A stretch of DNA of 64,000 nt from Hydrolagus affinis. Taxonomy: Eukaryota. Where the stretch lies: NCBI GenBank assembly GCA_012026655.1, contig JAAILG010000135.1:62001-126000 (forward strand), in the 5' to 3' direction. A program made the translations under genes and the position numbers. Positions 52,216 to 64,000 of the stretch are shown piece by piece (position 1 is the first letter of the stretch; every line of letters starts with the position of its first letter). The notes beneath the pieces are model-generated. The model saw only the letters and a list, made by a program, of their open reading frames with translations, was not told where the DNA came from and did not search any database.

Positions 52216-54903
52216 TCTGCTGCATCTCAATATACCGTTTCTGAAGGTGCCTCCCTTCAGCACTTCCCACCCTCTTTGTTCCTCACCTCTACAATGTGAT
52301 GTGATCCACCACATCTTTAATTGAAATTATTGTTTACCGGGCATTCATTTCTCTCTCCACACTGTTCCTGGTTAGACATGACCTAGGTACATAGGAATAC
52401 ATTTCACTTCAATCACTTGCTTTAAAGTTGCCTAACCTTAAAGGACCACAGGCCATAGCCATGCATATTCATGTAGAAACAAAGCAAACATTTATCAGAT
52501 GGCTGGCAAAGGCCTCATTGGGGAAATCATAGCCCAAAATAATATATGCTATTGAAGTAAGACGACACATCAGTTTATTCTCACCTTTTATGATTCAGCT
52601 ATTAACACATTCTGAGGCTTGTGCTACATGCCTATGAGTCATTTATGTATGATTAATGGCGGTAACTACAGTACGAAAGGGTAAAAGGTCAACTTAGATC
52701 AGTGGAGTGCGCGGCTGAAAAGAAATATCCATAAGCAAATTGGCTTGATCTTATCAGAATCCTAGTGCGTGAGAAATGAATATGGATCAAACGTGCTCCT
52801 AAATAGATCTAGCTTATCCCTCACTTGTTTAAAGTGGACTCCTCTGCTGCCTTTCAAACCTAATCCTATAGTACTACAAAACATATTGCCACATGGAACT
52901 CCTTACTCTACCACCCTAATTATTTTTCGACTGCCCAGAGTCTTTTGATCTGCTATTTCCACATACAGGGTGCCCAATTTAACACTTGACTAACAAGTAA
53001 GATCAAATAACAAGATTAAGTGGATAATTTTGGTAAACCTGCACTTGTATTTAGTTTCCCATTACTCATAAGTGAACAGCATTACTAATCACCCTAAACT
53101 CCGTTCAGTGCACATATTTGTATAATTTTTTTTAAATACCCCAGTTATAGTGCTAAGATACAGAATTCTCTATTCACTGTGCTGTCACAGCAGTCACACT
53201 CCTCACACCTGCCTTCAATCAAAATAGTTTGATTAAGATGTGTTAATACCCAGATGGGCCTTTATATTGAGAAAGCAAACTTCATAAACTAGGGTGATAT
53301 TTGTTGGATTTCAGGAGGTTGTGGGGCAATCTGATTGAGGTATCTCAAATAATACCTCAATCATTATTCGATTGATAGACGTTTTGCCCACAAAACACAT
53401 AGTCCTCCTGGCATGAAATGTGCTATTATATAAAGTAAAATGATATTAAAATTAATTGTTAATGGAATTTAAGGATTATTATTGTTAATGAAGAATATTA
53501 ACAAAGTAAACAGTGATGACTTCTCACTTTAGTTGGAGAATTCAGGACAGAGGATGTAACTTTCAAATTAGAGCTAAACTAGTTAATTTGGAGTCCAGGG
53601 AAAAAAAGCTTTTACATAAAGGTCACTGAGATTATGGAACAGAATATCTCAGAAAGTTACATATACCACGTTGATTTGGTTGTTTATTGGAGAGATAGTT
53701 AGGTGATGAATGAGAATCTTCAACAATATGAAGTAAAGGGATTGGGGAAACAAACTAGAGAGTTCCTGTAGATTAATGACAAGCATTCTTGATGCACCAA
53801 ATATCATACTCTTGCTCTTTTTTTCCTGTAATAAATTCTGTTGAAAACGTAAGGAAGATCTGGGAAAATTGATGCAGAACTTCCATTGCTTTTGCCAAAC
53901 TTCTAATGAGCAGGAGATTCCTGGCTCCACCAAGAATCGCAAACAGAAATGGAATTGGTTCTGCCAAGCCCCTACTCATCCCGTCTACTTAAAGCACTTG
54001 ATCGATGCTATGAGTGCCTTTGCCACAAAACGAAGAGTATTCTGCCTTCCTTCAAAAAGTGCACAGCAGTCAGCAGCCACGTAGTCACTTGTTAAAGTGT
54101 TACAGTTTTGGTAGGTGCTACACAATGGCAATCGTTTTGGATCTACCATCTACATGGAGTCAGCCCTGAAATTAAAACATATTCTACTATCTTTCCCTCC
54201 TCTCAGATGGTTCTAAGTAGCCTATGTCATGGTTCATCAGGTAAAACCTGGTATGTGAATGTATTGCTCACATATAAATTATGTTTTTGTAGATACCTGT
54301 GATTTTGATTCCAACTTTTCTCAAAAAAAATTCAACTCTGTGATTGTTTCAAGACGTTATCCGAAGTGAAGGGTGTTATATAAATGCAAATTGTTCTTGT
54401 TCTTCATACTTAATGGTTTCTGTGTGGGTTTAACATTTTTCCAAGATAGGATTATTAATGTTTTATTGTTTCATATTAGTAGGTGGGGCTTTATACAAAT
54501 TAGATAAGACCCTGGAATGTGACTGGGATCAACTCTCCCATTTCAAAACATAGGGATCCTGGCTATATTAAAATTGATTCAGTCTGATGTGATTCTGCTA
54601 TACAAGGACCTACTAATCTAATATGGATTTTTGGTTACAGGCACTTATTTGGTTAAACTGGCGTTTAAATTTGCAATGTTGGGTGACATTCCGAGGGAAG
54701 GGGAGCCAAAATATAATGCCAGGTGATGTTTGAGATGGATTAGATCTTGATTTAGGATAATATGCATAAAAAAATCTCTGGAAGAGGACTCAATTGTGTC
54801 CATTGATTTGGTATCCAAACGATTGGTATTATCAGTTGTTCTTTTCAAATGTTCTGGGTTTGACTTGATGGATAACTGATGGGCATTTCTGAAATAATTT
54901 CAG

Positions 54904-54985
54904 GTTGAGAGAGGCGCAACTCTCTGTAAAGAAGATAACATCAGAGAAGAAGGTTGAAACCAAGAAAATAAATCCTAATAGTCTG
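54904..54985 (+). CDS. FMN1: Formin-1 penultimate coding exon, (R)LREAQLSVKKITSEKKVETKKINPNSL
   Basis: atttcag acceptor, GTAAGA donor at 54986; 82 bp, phase 2/0; TSEKKVETKKINP matches the recalled FMN1 tail. Confidence 0.94.
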
Positions 54986-55013
54986 GTAAGATATTTATAT
55001 ATTCTTGGACAGT

Positions 55014-55053
55014 ATTTGTCTTTGAAGGTCAGCATTTGTCTTTGAAGGTCAGT
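55014..55053 (+). repeat. 20-bp tandem duplication
   Basis: atttgtctttgaaggtcagc atttgtctttgaaggtcagt. Confidence 0.9.
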
Positions 55054-55454
55054 GAAGAAGCAATATCAAACACGGAATTTAACAGCTTGCCATAAACTGG
55101 TATTGAAAAACAAAATATTATTGAAATCCCACAGAGGAATTTTTCATATACCAAGAAAATATTAAGAAAATGTTAATATATTAATATTAACAGATGTGCC
55201 CATTCACCAAATTTTTATTTGGCCCACTGGCATTACAAATAATGGGATCATCTGAATCTATTGAAAAATATCAAGACAAGTAAGGATAAGAACATATCTA
55301 TAAAAAAAAAGGAACAATTTGCAGGGTGAGGAATGAAGACACGTAAATTAATAGATAGTGCGTTTAAGGAGCCATAATGGGCCAAATAGCCTTCTTCTGT
55401 GATGTAAATTTCTATCATTCTATTGTCAATGACACTGAGCTTCTTTTCTAACAG

Positions 55455-55499
55455 AAAGAAAGAATGCGCCAGAGGGTGGCCAACACGACCACCAGCTGA
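55455..55499 (+). CDS. FMN1: Formin-1 terminal coding exon, KERMRQRVANTTTS*
   Basis: ttcttttctaacag acceptor; 14 codons then TGA at 55497-55499; resembles recalled human KERLRQKEASVTTN*. Confidence 0.92.
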   Translation, partial: KERMRQRVANTTTS

Positions 55500-56049
55500 A
55501 CCTTACAAGAGACACACTACATGACTTAACTCTTTGGGTGCTGCCAATGTTTGAAGAAGAACTAGCATTGGAAAGCTTGTGTATTTTTGCATTCCTCGTT
55601 TGCAAAAAATCAACAACTCCATGAGGAGATTTTCATTACCGTGATGACATGATGTTTCTTCCATTCCAAACCTTCTTGTTTCCAGTTGGCAGTGAAAGTG
55701 TTCATTATTTCTTCACACGACATTGGGTATAGATGTGAGTCCAATTAGTCTATGCTATGTGGAATTACTGCTACAACATGAATATATTATATGGAGCTTA
55801 TAGCGCTGGCAATATTTGGCGCTACAGGTCAACTATTAAGATTAGACACAAGAGCTAAAATATTCCTCATGTTGCTAAGTGAAATGACCCAGTGTTCATC
55901 CTTTATCAGCACACGTCGCTGTATTGAGCCACATGAGGAATCTTTTGCCAAAAAAATTCTGGAAATGCAAAAAAAACAAAAGCTAAAATACTACGAGTAG
56001 CATATTCCAGCTGTCACCACTACTGTCCATTTGGCTGGTCCTGTTTCTA

Positions 56050-56530
56050 AAATTATTGCCTCTCTATCTCACACTTCCTATTCTCCATCACCAACAGCAT
56101 ATCTTACAGGAACTCCCTCTTCAAACTGACAATGTTATCTACCTCCACTGCCTCCCTGGTAAAATTGTTCCGCAAATTTATCACCCGCCTTGTAAACAAG
56201 TTGCATCTTAACTGCAGTCTAGCTGTGGATTTCTTGACTCCTATCGAACGTTTCAATAGAATTCAGCCTCTTTATGCCCTTTAGAATTAGAACATTTTAG
56301 TAAGACAATCCAATAATGTTTTCTGATGTAAACATGACTAATTTTCTCAGTCTCTTTTCCTACCTCGGGGGCCTAGTCCTCTTTTTCAATTGAACTGCCC
56401 ATCGTACCCTCTCAGAAGCCCAGTATAGACAACAGAATATTACACCTTGGTCCAGACAAATACGTTTCTCCATCCCTTTACTTATAAAAAACCTAAAGCC
56501 AATCACGCATTTTCATTATGTACATGATAT
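56050..56530 (-). mobile_element. Degenerate CR1-like fragment in the probable FMN1 3'UTR
   Basis: ctccactgcctccctggtaaaattgttcc and acaacagaatattacaccttggtc resemble reversed CR1 3' segments. Confidence 0.45.
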
Positions 56531-56989
56531 AGCTTTGTCTTTAGTAGTTTATACCTTATTCTCCTTTCAACGGCAATCACTGTGAAATATACAGAGATGG
56601 GTCACTTTAATTTCCAAAATCGCAAATTTTTCATGTAGCTGATAAAAATACCTATGGCTGTTAAAATCCTCAACCGTTTTTTTTTAAAAATTTCCTCATG
56701 GCTTCCTAATCTTGTTCTCAGAGGAATTAAAGCTACATGATACCAGATTTTCCTAAAATTAGTATTAAAGTTGATGAAGTGATTAATTAACATTGACCCA
56801 ATTTAGTTCAAATATTAATGCTAAACATGTACTGCTTGAAAATGTTGCACAATACAATCTTGAATGAGTTAGGTCCTCATATCACTGAGTGGAGTGATAT
56901 TCATACTTTTTATTAAAAGGAATGGAATGTCCCTGGCAATGTTTTACAGCTAGCAACCTGAGAAATACTCTGTATCACCCTCCCACCAT

Positions 56990-57230
56990 TGAGTGCCTTG
57001 GGAGGTCCTCCTGACGTGAAAGGCGCTATGCAAGTACAGTATAATTTTGTTGTTGTTTAAAGCTCTCATTTTACCCTATCTCTTCAATTGTACTTTTGGT
57101 CAGCCCCCCCCACCCATTCCCACTCAGCTCTCTTCGCCCCCAGTTCGGGTGTCAGTCAATCAGCATTAAGCACTTTGAGATATCCTCACAACATGAAAGG
57201 CACAATTTTATGTAAAGGGTTGTTGTTTTG
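56990..57230 (+). mobile_element. Two short L2 3' tails
   Basis: gccttgggaggtcctcctgacgtgaaaggcgctat...ttgttgttg and gcactttgagatatcctcacaacatgaaaggcac...gttgttgtt; further copies near 1150, 17535, 21765, 31728, 54345 and 59375. Confidence 0.65.
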
Positions 57231-60200
57231 GTAAATAAATATTATTCACCAAAGTACAGTGTGGCTGCATCAAAACTAGAAAGAACAAGAAAGTAACCAC
57301 ATATCAGCCAATCCAGCATGTTTTACCTTTACCTAAGCACAATTATTTGTGCTTATTTTGAGAAACACCTCAACAGAATCATTAGGAAGGAATGTAGCTT
57401 TAATCTTTTGAAAAAAAAGTTCCTACCTAGTTGGGATTTCCGATCCCGAGGTTCGAATTAATGACCAGATAATCCAATATGGTGTAATATAGTTTATTTA
57501 AATACCCCAAAGCATTTAACACATAACAGAATCAAAACGTTATTACCCAGACTCTTGACTCTGGATGGATGCCATGGTGCACAACTCACGTTTCTAGCTT
57601 TTTTGTCTTCTCCTACGTGGCCACTGCCCCTAACAGTTTCTAATCTTTGGTTTTTATACCTTTTTCTTTCACTCTTTCAGAAACTTGTTTTCCATCAATT
57701 TCCATGGATGCCTTCGTACACCCTTGTTTTATTCCAACTCATACTATCTATGCCCCTCATAGTCATATCATCGGTCAGACAGTTATATTTAATTTAAGCA
57801 TATATCTTTATCCACCCTGATAGTTACCTTATTTAACCCACTAACTACCCAATGTGTTTTATGATTGTTAATGTCACATCCCAACAACCTTTAGCCCATC
57901 ATTGTAAAAAGCTGATGAATGCAACATCTTGAAAACAGCCTACAAAAATTTATGTTCATTCCACTTTACAGTAAATCCCGTGACACAGTTTGCAACATCC
58001 TCCCAACGTGAAAAGCTCTTTCCCAATATTAAAGAAGGATTATTTATAAATCGGTATCTTTATCTCCAGAATTATAGTCAAAAGATATTGGTGTCTAAAT
58101 TATAGAGTTGGCATGCTATAAAAATATGGCTGTAATGCAAATTGCAATACCAGGATGTTGCAAATAGACATATGAAGAGAACAATGTGTTTCTTAACACA
58201 ATTGCAAAAAATATGCAAATGCTTGTACATAAAATGTGAACTGTTTTACTCAACAAAAACTACTGTCTAGACATATATGACTGTTGTATTTTTGTATAGA
58301 ATGTGTATTATGCAGATTATATGATAGCTTTATTCATTTAAAAGCAAAAAAAAGCATATCTTTTACTGTACCCTTAGAGTTAACACTAGATTTTATAGAC
58401 CAGATATTTTTATCCTAGCTGTTCAAAAATGCAAATGAAATATTTTAATTTAGCAACATAAAATGTGTAGAGTTAAAGGTATAGAAATTTACTATATACA
58501 GTACTATATTTGCTAAATCGCCTTTGTTAATCAAGCCTAAAAGTCCTTCAATTATTTATGTATCGAGATTTGAGTCAAGCGAACAGTTTTTCTTTAATCT
58601 GTTTTAATTGTTTTTGAAATTTGTTAAATGAAGCATGTGTTTTGTTAATAAGATGGACTTTTTTTTGTTTCTGTTACACTTCAATTCAAAATATATAAAT
58701 TGTAGTAAGAATATCTAAGTTGCAGTAAGAAAAAAGAAGTCTTCCTAGCTTCTTTCTTCATTATTAAAATGGTAACAAATATTTAAGTGCTTGCTGTTCT
58801 CGAGTACTTGTACATAAAATGTATGTCTGTTATTCTTAATATGTCTGTCCCAAATGCAAGCTATAAAACACCATTGATATAATTACTGAGAAAAGTGGAA
58901 TATTAGTGGACTAGCATAAACGATCTTAGTGCAGTCTCACTGATGTTATTTTACTGCATACATGGGCAAACATGCTCGGTTATATGTTGCTGCTGTTACT
59001 CTTGTTTTGGGCTGTGTTTAAACCCCTATTTGCTGTGTTCAAGAAGTCTGGCACAATATTACTGGACCTGCCCGAGAGTGTTTAATTGGAAATGGTTCTC
59101 AACTTAGCAAAGTTGAATGATGCTTCTGATTCATAATTTGTTTCTTGCATTCATTGTACAGTATAATATTTAAGGGAAGGAATTGTCTCAGTCAACCTGA
59201 TTTCTTTCAGATTGATGACTTGTAAGTTTACTGTGTTGGACAGAAATTTAAGTTTTCAATTTAGGGCAGAGTGTATTGCTTAAAATGTATCAGTTGCCAT
59301 AGCTAGAATAGCTTTAAGGTTAAGATTAAGCAGCACTTGTTCAGAGAATACCATAAAACCAGTCAATGTTTTCAGCGCCTTGTGACGTCCTCCAGACGTG
59401 AAAGGCATTCTATAAATGTAAATTTGTTTGTTTGTCTGTCTTGCCCAGATATTCAGAAACCCATGGACCAAGTTATACGATTTTTCCCATAATAAAGCTC
59501 CACCAAAATGTCCCAAAGTTGGCATGAAAATTAACATCTGGCCTTACGTTAAATTTTTCTGAATTGATGTCAATCACTGTGTCTTATAATGAGATTGATA
59601 CCTTACCTATAACAACATAGGAAAGTTTAGAGCAGCAAATTGTCAATTGGTCCTTCAAATCCTCTTCTTCAAAAAACCATGACGTCCCTACTACTGTACT
59701 TTACTCCACCTATTGTTTCTCCTGGGTGAAAATTTTGCTTAGTTATTCCCTGACCCTATACCCCCAAAGATCAACTGATAAAACAAACAAAAAACTTTCT
59801 AAATCTTAATCTAGGTTGATTTCTTTTAGCATTTTAGGTCCATATGAAATTGCGGTATACAAAGTTAAGCAAATAGTAAGTTGAATCTTACGGGTATTTG
59901 ACTGTAACTCGATCAAAGGTCTAACTTTGTCTACAACTCTGGTAAGGACACATTTGGAATATTGCATGCCATTTGGGGCAGAGGACTTTGAGGCATTAGT
60001 AGAAGTTCATAATTAGATCTATATTGCTATCTAAAAACTATTTTTAGATGTATCCTATTTCCCCTAAAATCTAATGTGCAGAACTTGTCAGTTATGATGA
60101 AACACAGTCTTGCACTTTCTGAAAAATGTGTCTGGCTTATATAGTGATGACTTTATTGGCATCTCAAATTTCTAGGATAATCTAGTAAACTCTGTGAGCT

Positions 60201-60899
60201 AGTTAGTAAATACTGTAATGATGTGATTAGTCTTTGTGAGTCTTTCAACATAATCTTTCATAAAAGAGACACAATCAACTATAGTGGAACCCTTCTTTAC
60301 AATGTTATATGCATTTTACTGATAAAATTCCCTTGTTGTTTGATCAACTTTTCAATCGTATTCGAATTGTGTTTATTTGGTGTAAAATGGTTAGTAGTAG
60401 ATGATATTGAACAGTATTTTTTTAGTCTGACCTGATTGCTCTGTATTGCTATGAAATATTTGGAGTTTAACATGTACAAAATCTATCATTCAATTACTAG
60501 AAAATACAGGTACTAGGCCTTCTTGATTCAAACACAGTTATACGATTGTTTTGAAGTACTCACAGTGAATGATGGGTCTGAGCCCCTAAGTCATAAATTA
60601 AGTAAATTTTATGATGGAAAGAAACCACAGGAGTGAGCAATGTATTAAAATCACAGCAAGGAGCAAATTCCTAGTGAGAATAAAAAGAAGCACAGCACTT
60701 AGAAAGGTAGTTTTTATTTGTGTATTAAGAGTTAACATGGCGTATAAAACACTTGGAATGAAATCTGATTCCGTTCAGTTACAAAAACTTTATGACTTCT
60801 TGGTTCTACTTGCCATAACCAAATGAGGTTGTGAAGTTCAACAAAAGTCTGCAGATCATGCTATAGTAAAATGTAGTACAGTAATTACAATATGCACAA

Positions 60900-62865
60900 G
60901 TGAGCATAAATACTTACAGTGGTCATTATTTAATGTTATTGAGCCAACTAATTAAATGTTATTAATAATTACAGGCTGTTCAATCTGCATTCTGGTTTAT
61001 ACCAAATAGTGGTGTGATCAGTCTGTGGTCCTTATTGGTTTCCCATTCAGTATATGAATCTATTCTGGAGTTTAAGACTAACTGAGCAATACAATCAGAT
61101 AATAAAGCAATGGCGTTTCATACTGACCCTAATATTCTATTCTTTCCTGATGAACTGAGAAGAAATGAGTTGGCTGACTACTGTTTTCTTTTAATAAACA
61201 AAAACCTAAAAATTTACAATGCAAAATTAGACATGTTGTCAACCTCATCGAACCCAGACTCATCTTTGTTTAATGCCAATTGAACCATCAATTTGAACCT
61301 AGCTTCACCTTGGCACACAGAGACAACTGGCTGCAAATTTGTTCGGCATAAACAAATTTAATCTGATTTATGTTTTTTTTCTCTCTTTCTCTCCAGTAAG
61401 AATAGCTTCTAATTTACAACAATGACTGTTCTGGTCTGAACAAATTCTACTCTACAAGAGATCCATTCTGCTATTGACAAAAACAAATCCCAGATGCACT
61501 TCATCAGTCTTTTTTGTGAGACTACCTATGTCTCCTTTTTCTTTTCATTCCCCTTTCCTTTAATTTGTCCAGGTCATGCAACGACTGCAGTCAATAGGGC
61601 GAATGAGTGGCTTAATCCCAGGCCTCAACAGGGGGATGTGACTCACTGGGAGGTCAGTGAGAACAGCCCAGGGAGGGTTGGCTCTCATTCCCTTTCTGGG
61701 GAAGCTCCAGGCATTTACTTGCCACTTCGCCTTGATATTAAAGAGTATCACAGGTGAGAGACCCCAGATTGCAACACATTGTGATGCCTTTCGCTCTGTC
61801 CGCTGTTCATCCCACAAATCTATTACAGCAGTAAGTAAAAAAGAGATGCAATTTAAATCTTTACAGCAGAAAACAATAAGTATTATACTCCTACAAGCTG
61901 CATTAAATTAAAAGCAAAAAAAATTAACTTTTTTTCTTTTACAATTATAGTCTTAGCTACTGTTATTGGTTCTTATTGGCTCCGATGTAGGCCGACACAT
62001 TTCAATCATCTAACAAAATATCCAGTAATAAAAACATGCCAAAAGGAGAATACAGGAATCTAATAATAGCTGATTATTGAAAGAAATGATACCGTGGCTC
62101 TGAAAGTAGACCACATTTTGTCTGACTTACTAAACCTACATGTTGAATAATAATGTTTGTGTTTTACATTCTGTTATAGGTAAATTATTTGTGAATTATG
62201 ATGCTTTATTTTTAACCATTGAGTTGAGGGATATTGTGCGCGTGTGGCGATTATAGAGACTGCTTTACACTAATGCTGCCACCTCCAGGTAAAAGCAGTG
62301 GGAATGCAAGTGTGTCATCCTGTTAAGGAAAAGGTGTTCATTCCTGCCCTCTCAAGTTCCCATTGCAAATTAGCGGGAGCACACACAAAGATGTGCTGCA
62401 AAAGTTCTTACATAAATAGCACTGATTTTTCAACAGTTCAGATATCTTCCACACTCAAGCTTGTGCAGTGTACATTTCTCTGGGTGACTTGAATTAACCT
62501 TCTGTAAACTTTCATCAGTGCCAGAAATAACGTCCCTTTCGGTCAACCTTGCAATATTATGGGCATAATTATGCTGAATAAAATCTCTCCCAAAAAAACA
62601 GAAATAACATTATTAAATACCCATAACATTCTGAACAAAAAGCTTTGAAATAATTATTTAAATATTCATATCCTTCTTTCTTGACTATTCACATTCCACA
62701 CGGTGGAAATTATCTACTTGAGTGTTCCGATTTTGATCCAAGTCCTTGAAAAATACAGGTGATTGAGGATCAAACCACGTGTAACTGCGAGTCCCTGTCA
62801 TTTTGCTTGTGGTATAGTAATGATGAATTGCTGAGTTATGTTAGTGGAACAGTGTGTTCGTAGCT
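60900..62865 (-). other. GREM1: Probable GREM1 3'UTR (end uncertain)
   Basis: Downstream of the TAG on the minus strand with no repeat recognised; candidate minus-strand ATTAAA at 60929-60934. Confidence 0.45.
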
Positions 62866-63384
62866 CTAGTTGAGGTCTATGGAAATGCAACGACAGTGTT
62901 TAACTCTCTGGATTCTTTTCTTTTTAATGGGTGGCTGCAAGTCAGGACAATTAAGAGTGACAGTCATGGTGGTGAATCTCTTAGGCTTACAGAAGGAGCA
63001 GGACTGGAAGGAGCCCTCCTCCTTGCGGACATGCCTCGGGATGTAGAAAGAGTTGCACTGGCCGTAGCAAAACCTGTTGATGATCGTACGACTGTTGCAG
63101 CCCTCTTCATGGATTGTTTGCTTGAGGGGCTGTGTTTTGCACCAGTCGCGTTTCAGGTACTTCCTCTCGGTAACGTGCAGTGCCTCGTGGCTCGACTCCA
63201 AGACCTCATCCACATTACTCCGGTTGCCGGCCTGCTCTGAGGTGTTGGGCTGCCCCTTGTCTGGGGAGGGGATCGCTCCCTGGGAACCACGGTTGTTCTT
63301 TCTCTTCCCAGCTCTCTCGGTTGCACCTTGTAGGAATCCCCACAGGAACAAGAAGACACACAACGTACACAGGGTTCGGGTCAT
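62866..63384 (-). CDS. GREM1: Gremlin-1, DAN-family cystine-knot BMP antagonist (172 aa, single coding exon)
   Basis: MTRTLCTLCVFLFLWG signal peptide, GSQGAIP.PDK, EVLESS.EALHVTERKYLKRDWCKTQPLKQTIHEEGCNSRTIINRFCYGQCNSFYIPRH...CRCISIDLN. ATG at 63384-63382 lies 1 nt after a ctctttcctcAG acceptor. Convergent neighbour of FMN1, as in other vertebrates. Confidence 0.98.
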   Translation of the reverse strand: MTRTLCTLCVFLFLWGFLQGATERAGKRKNNRGSQGAIPSPDKGQPNTSEQAGNRSNVDEVLESSHEALHVTERKYLKRDWCKTQPLKQTIHEEGCNSRTIINRFCYGQCNSFYIPRHVRKEEGSFQSCSFCKPKRFTTMTVTLNCPDLQPPIKKKRIQRVKHCRCISIDLN

Positions 63385-63385
63385 C

Positions 63386-63402
63386 CTGAGGAAAGAGAGC
63401 AA
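63386..63402 (-). other. GREM1: Splice acceptor of the GREM1 intron (non-coding exon 1 lies beyond the window)
   Basis: Minus strand reads ttgctctctttcctcag|G ATG. Confidence 0.85.
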
Positions 63403-63730
63403 AGCTAATTTAATGGTAGGTTAACTACAAATATTTATTAATCATATTAAGTGTAGCTAATACTTGTGGGAGTGGGGGGTGGGTTTACATTGTGCCAAAT
63501 AAGTCATCTGATGATGCAACAGATGGTGTTTATCCACCAAAGTTACTGGATAAGTCTCCACCAGTACTTTTTTTTATCTGTTATCAACAGTGCCTGAGTC
63601 CTGCAAATCCTTCTGGCTTAGAACTGGAATACCAAGACACAGTTTCAACTCGCTTCTGACATTCCATTGTCGAGCATGTTAGCTTGAAGCCTAAGCAACT
63701 CCAAGGAGATCCCGCTTATCTCATTCCCTT

Positions 63731-63863
63731 CCCCCTACCCTCCCGCACCCCCACCACCCCCCACCCCACCAGTAGGTAGTCTACCACAATGGACTGAATG
63801 GCTTTCTCCTTCCCTATAATCATTGTATAACAGCACTCTCCCATCCTCCTCCTCCTCCTCCTC
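63731..63863. repeat. C-rich low-complexity tract and (CCT)n microsatellite in the GREM1 intron
   Basis: ccccctaccctcccgcacccccaccaccccccacccc at 63731-63767 and (cct)n at about 63845-63863. Confidence 0.7.
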
Positions 63864-64000
63864 CAAGCAAGCTCACGAATAAATGGCTAAAGGATAATAA
63901 AGTATAGTGACTTAGAAAGCACAGAATATTTAAACTTGATGTCTGGATACTGGCCATTACGAAGCTAGATCTTCACTGGTCAGTAAATTTACGGACCTTG

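Larger units (their letters stand above)
55500..58900 (+). other. FMN1: Probable FMN1 3'UTR (end uncertain)
   Basis: Follows the stop codon; AU-rich block at about 58100-58900 with two UGUACAUA Pumilio-type motifs and ATTAAA/TATAAA variants near 58763 and 58862. Confidence 0.4.

Noticed and set aside
62866-63384. GREM2/FMN2 paralogous assignment
   Set aside because: SQGAIP.PDK, HVTERKYLKRDW and ISIDL, and the formin tail TSEKKVETKKINP, match GREM1/FMN1 rather than GREM2/FMN2.
63385-63402. N-terminal extension MLSFLR of the 178-aa GREM1 ORF
   Set aside because: Starts at a non-ATG codon inside the polypyrimidine tract/acceptor; the real start is the ATG at 63384.
62854-63424. Plus-strand ORFs of 128, 115 and 69 aa overlapping GREM1
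   Set aside because: Antisense shadows of a GC-richer coding exon with no recognisable protein features.
1-64000. CRISPR array, prokaryotic operon or intact autonomous transposon/retrovirus
   Set aside because: Spliced vertebrate genes; no regularly spaced repeat-spacer array and no long RT, transposase or gag-pol ORF.

Overview
AT-rich vertebrate genomic DNA; the repeat content suggests a cartilaginous fish, probably a holocephalan such as elephant shark (inference). The window holds the last seven coding exons of formin-1 (FMN1, + strand: 225-284, 651-771, 11561-11653, 22589-22640, 36581-36730, 54904-54985, 55455-55499 with stop), which splice in frame through canonical AG/GT sites into the end of the FH2 domain and the C-terminal tail. 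It also holds the complete single coding exon of gremlin-1 (GREM1, - strand, 62866-63384, 172 aa), convergent with FMN1. This is the conserved FMN1-GREM1 block; in mouse the equivalent Fmn1 introns carry the Grem1 limb enhancers. The introns contain tRNA-headed Deu-domain-like SINEs, L2 and CR1 LINE fragments and a TA-flanked MITE. The most notable non-genic signals are (i) a four-locus repeat family with minimal hammerhead-ribozyme-like cores, twice in inverted pairs, (ii) an isolated near-perfect 67-nt hairpin and (iii) repeat-free, motif-rich blocks that are candidate Grem1 fin enhancers. Apart from these exons and a few LINE-derived frames, the ORF track looks like noise. Repeat boundaries and family names were assigned by eye and are approximate. 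I cannot claim a new biological system; the findings are candidates for testing.
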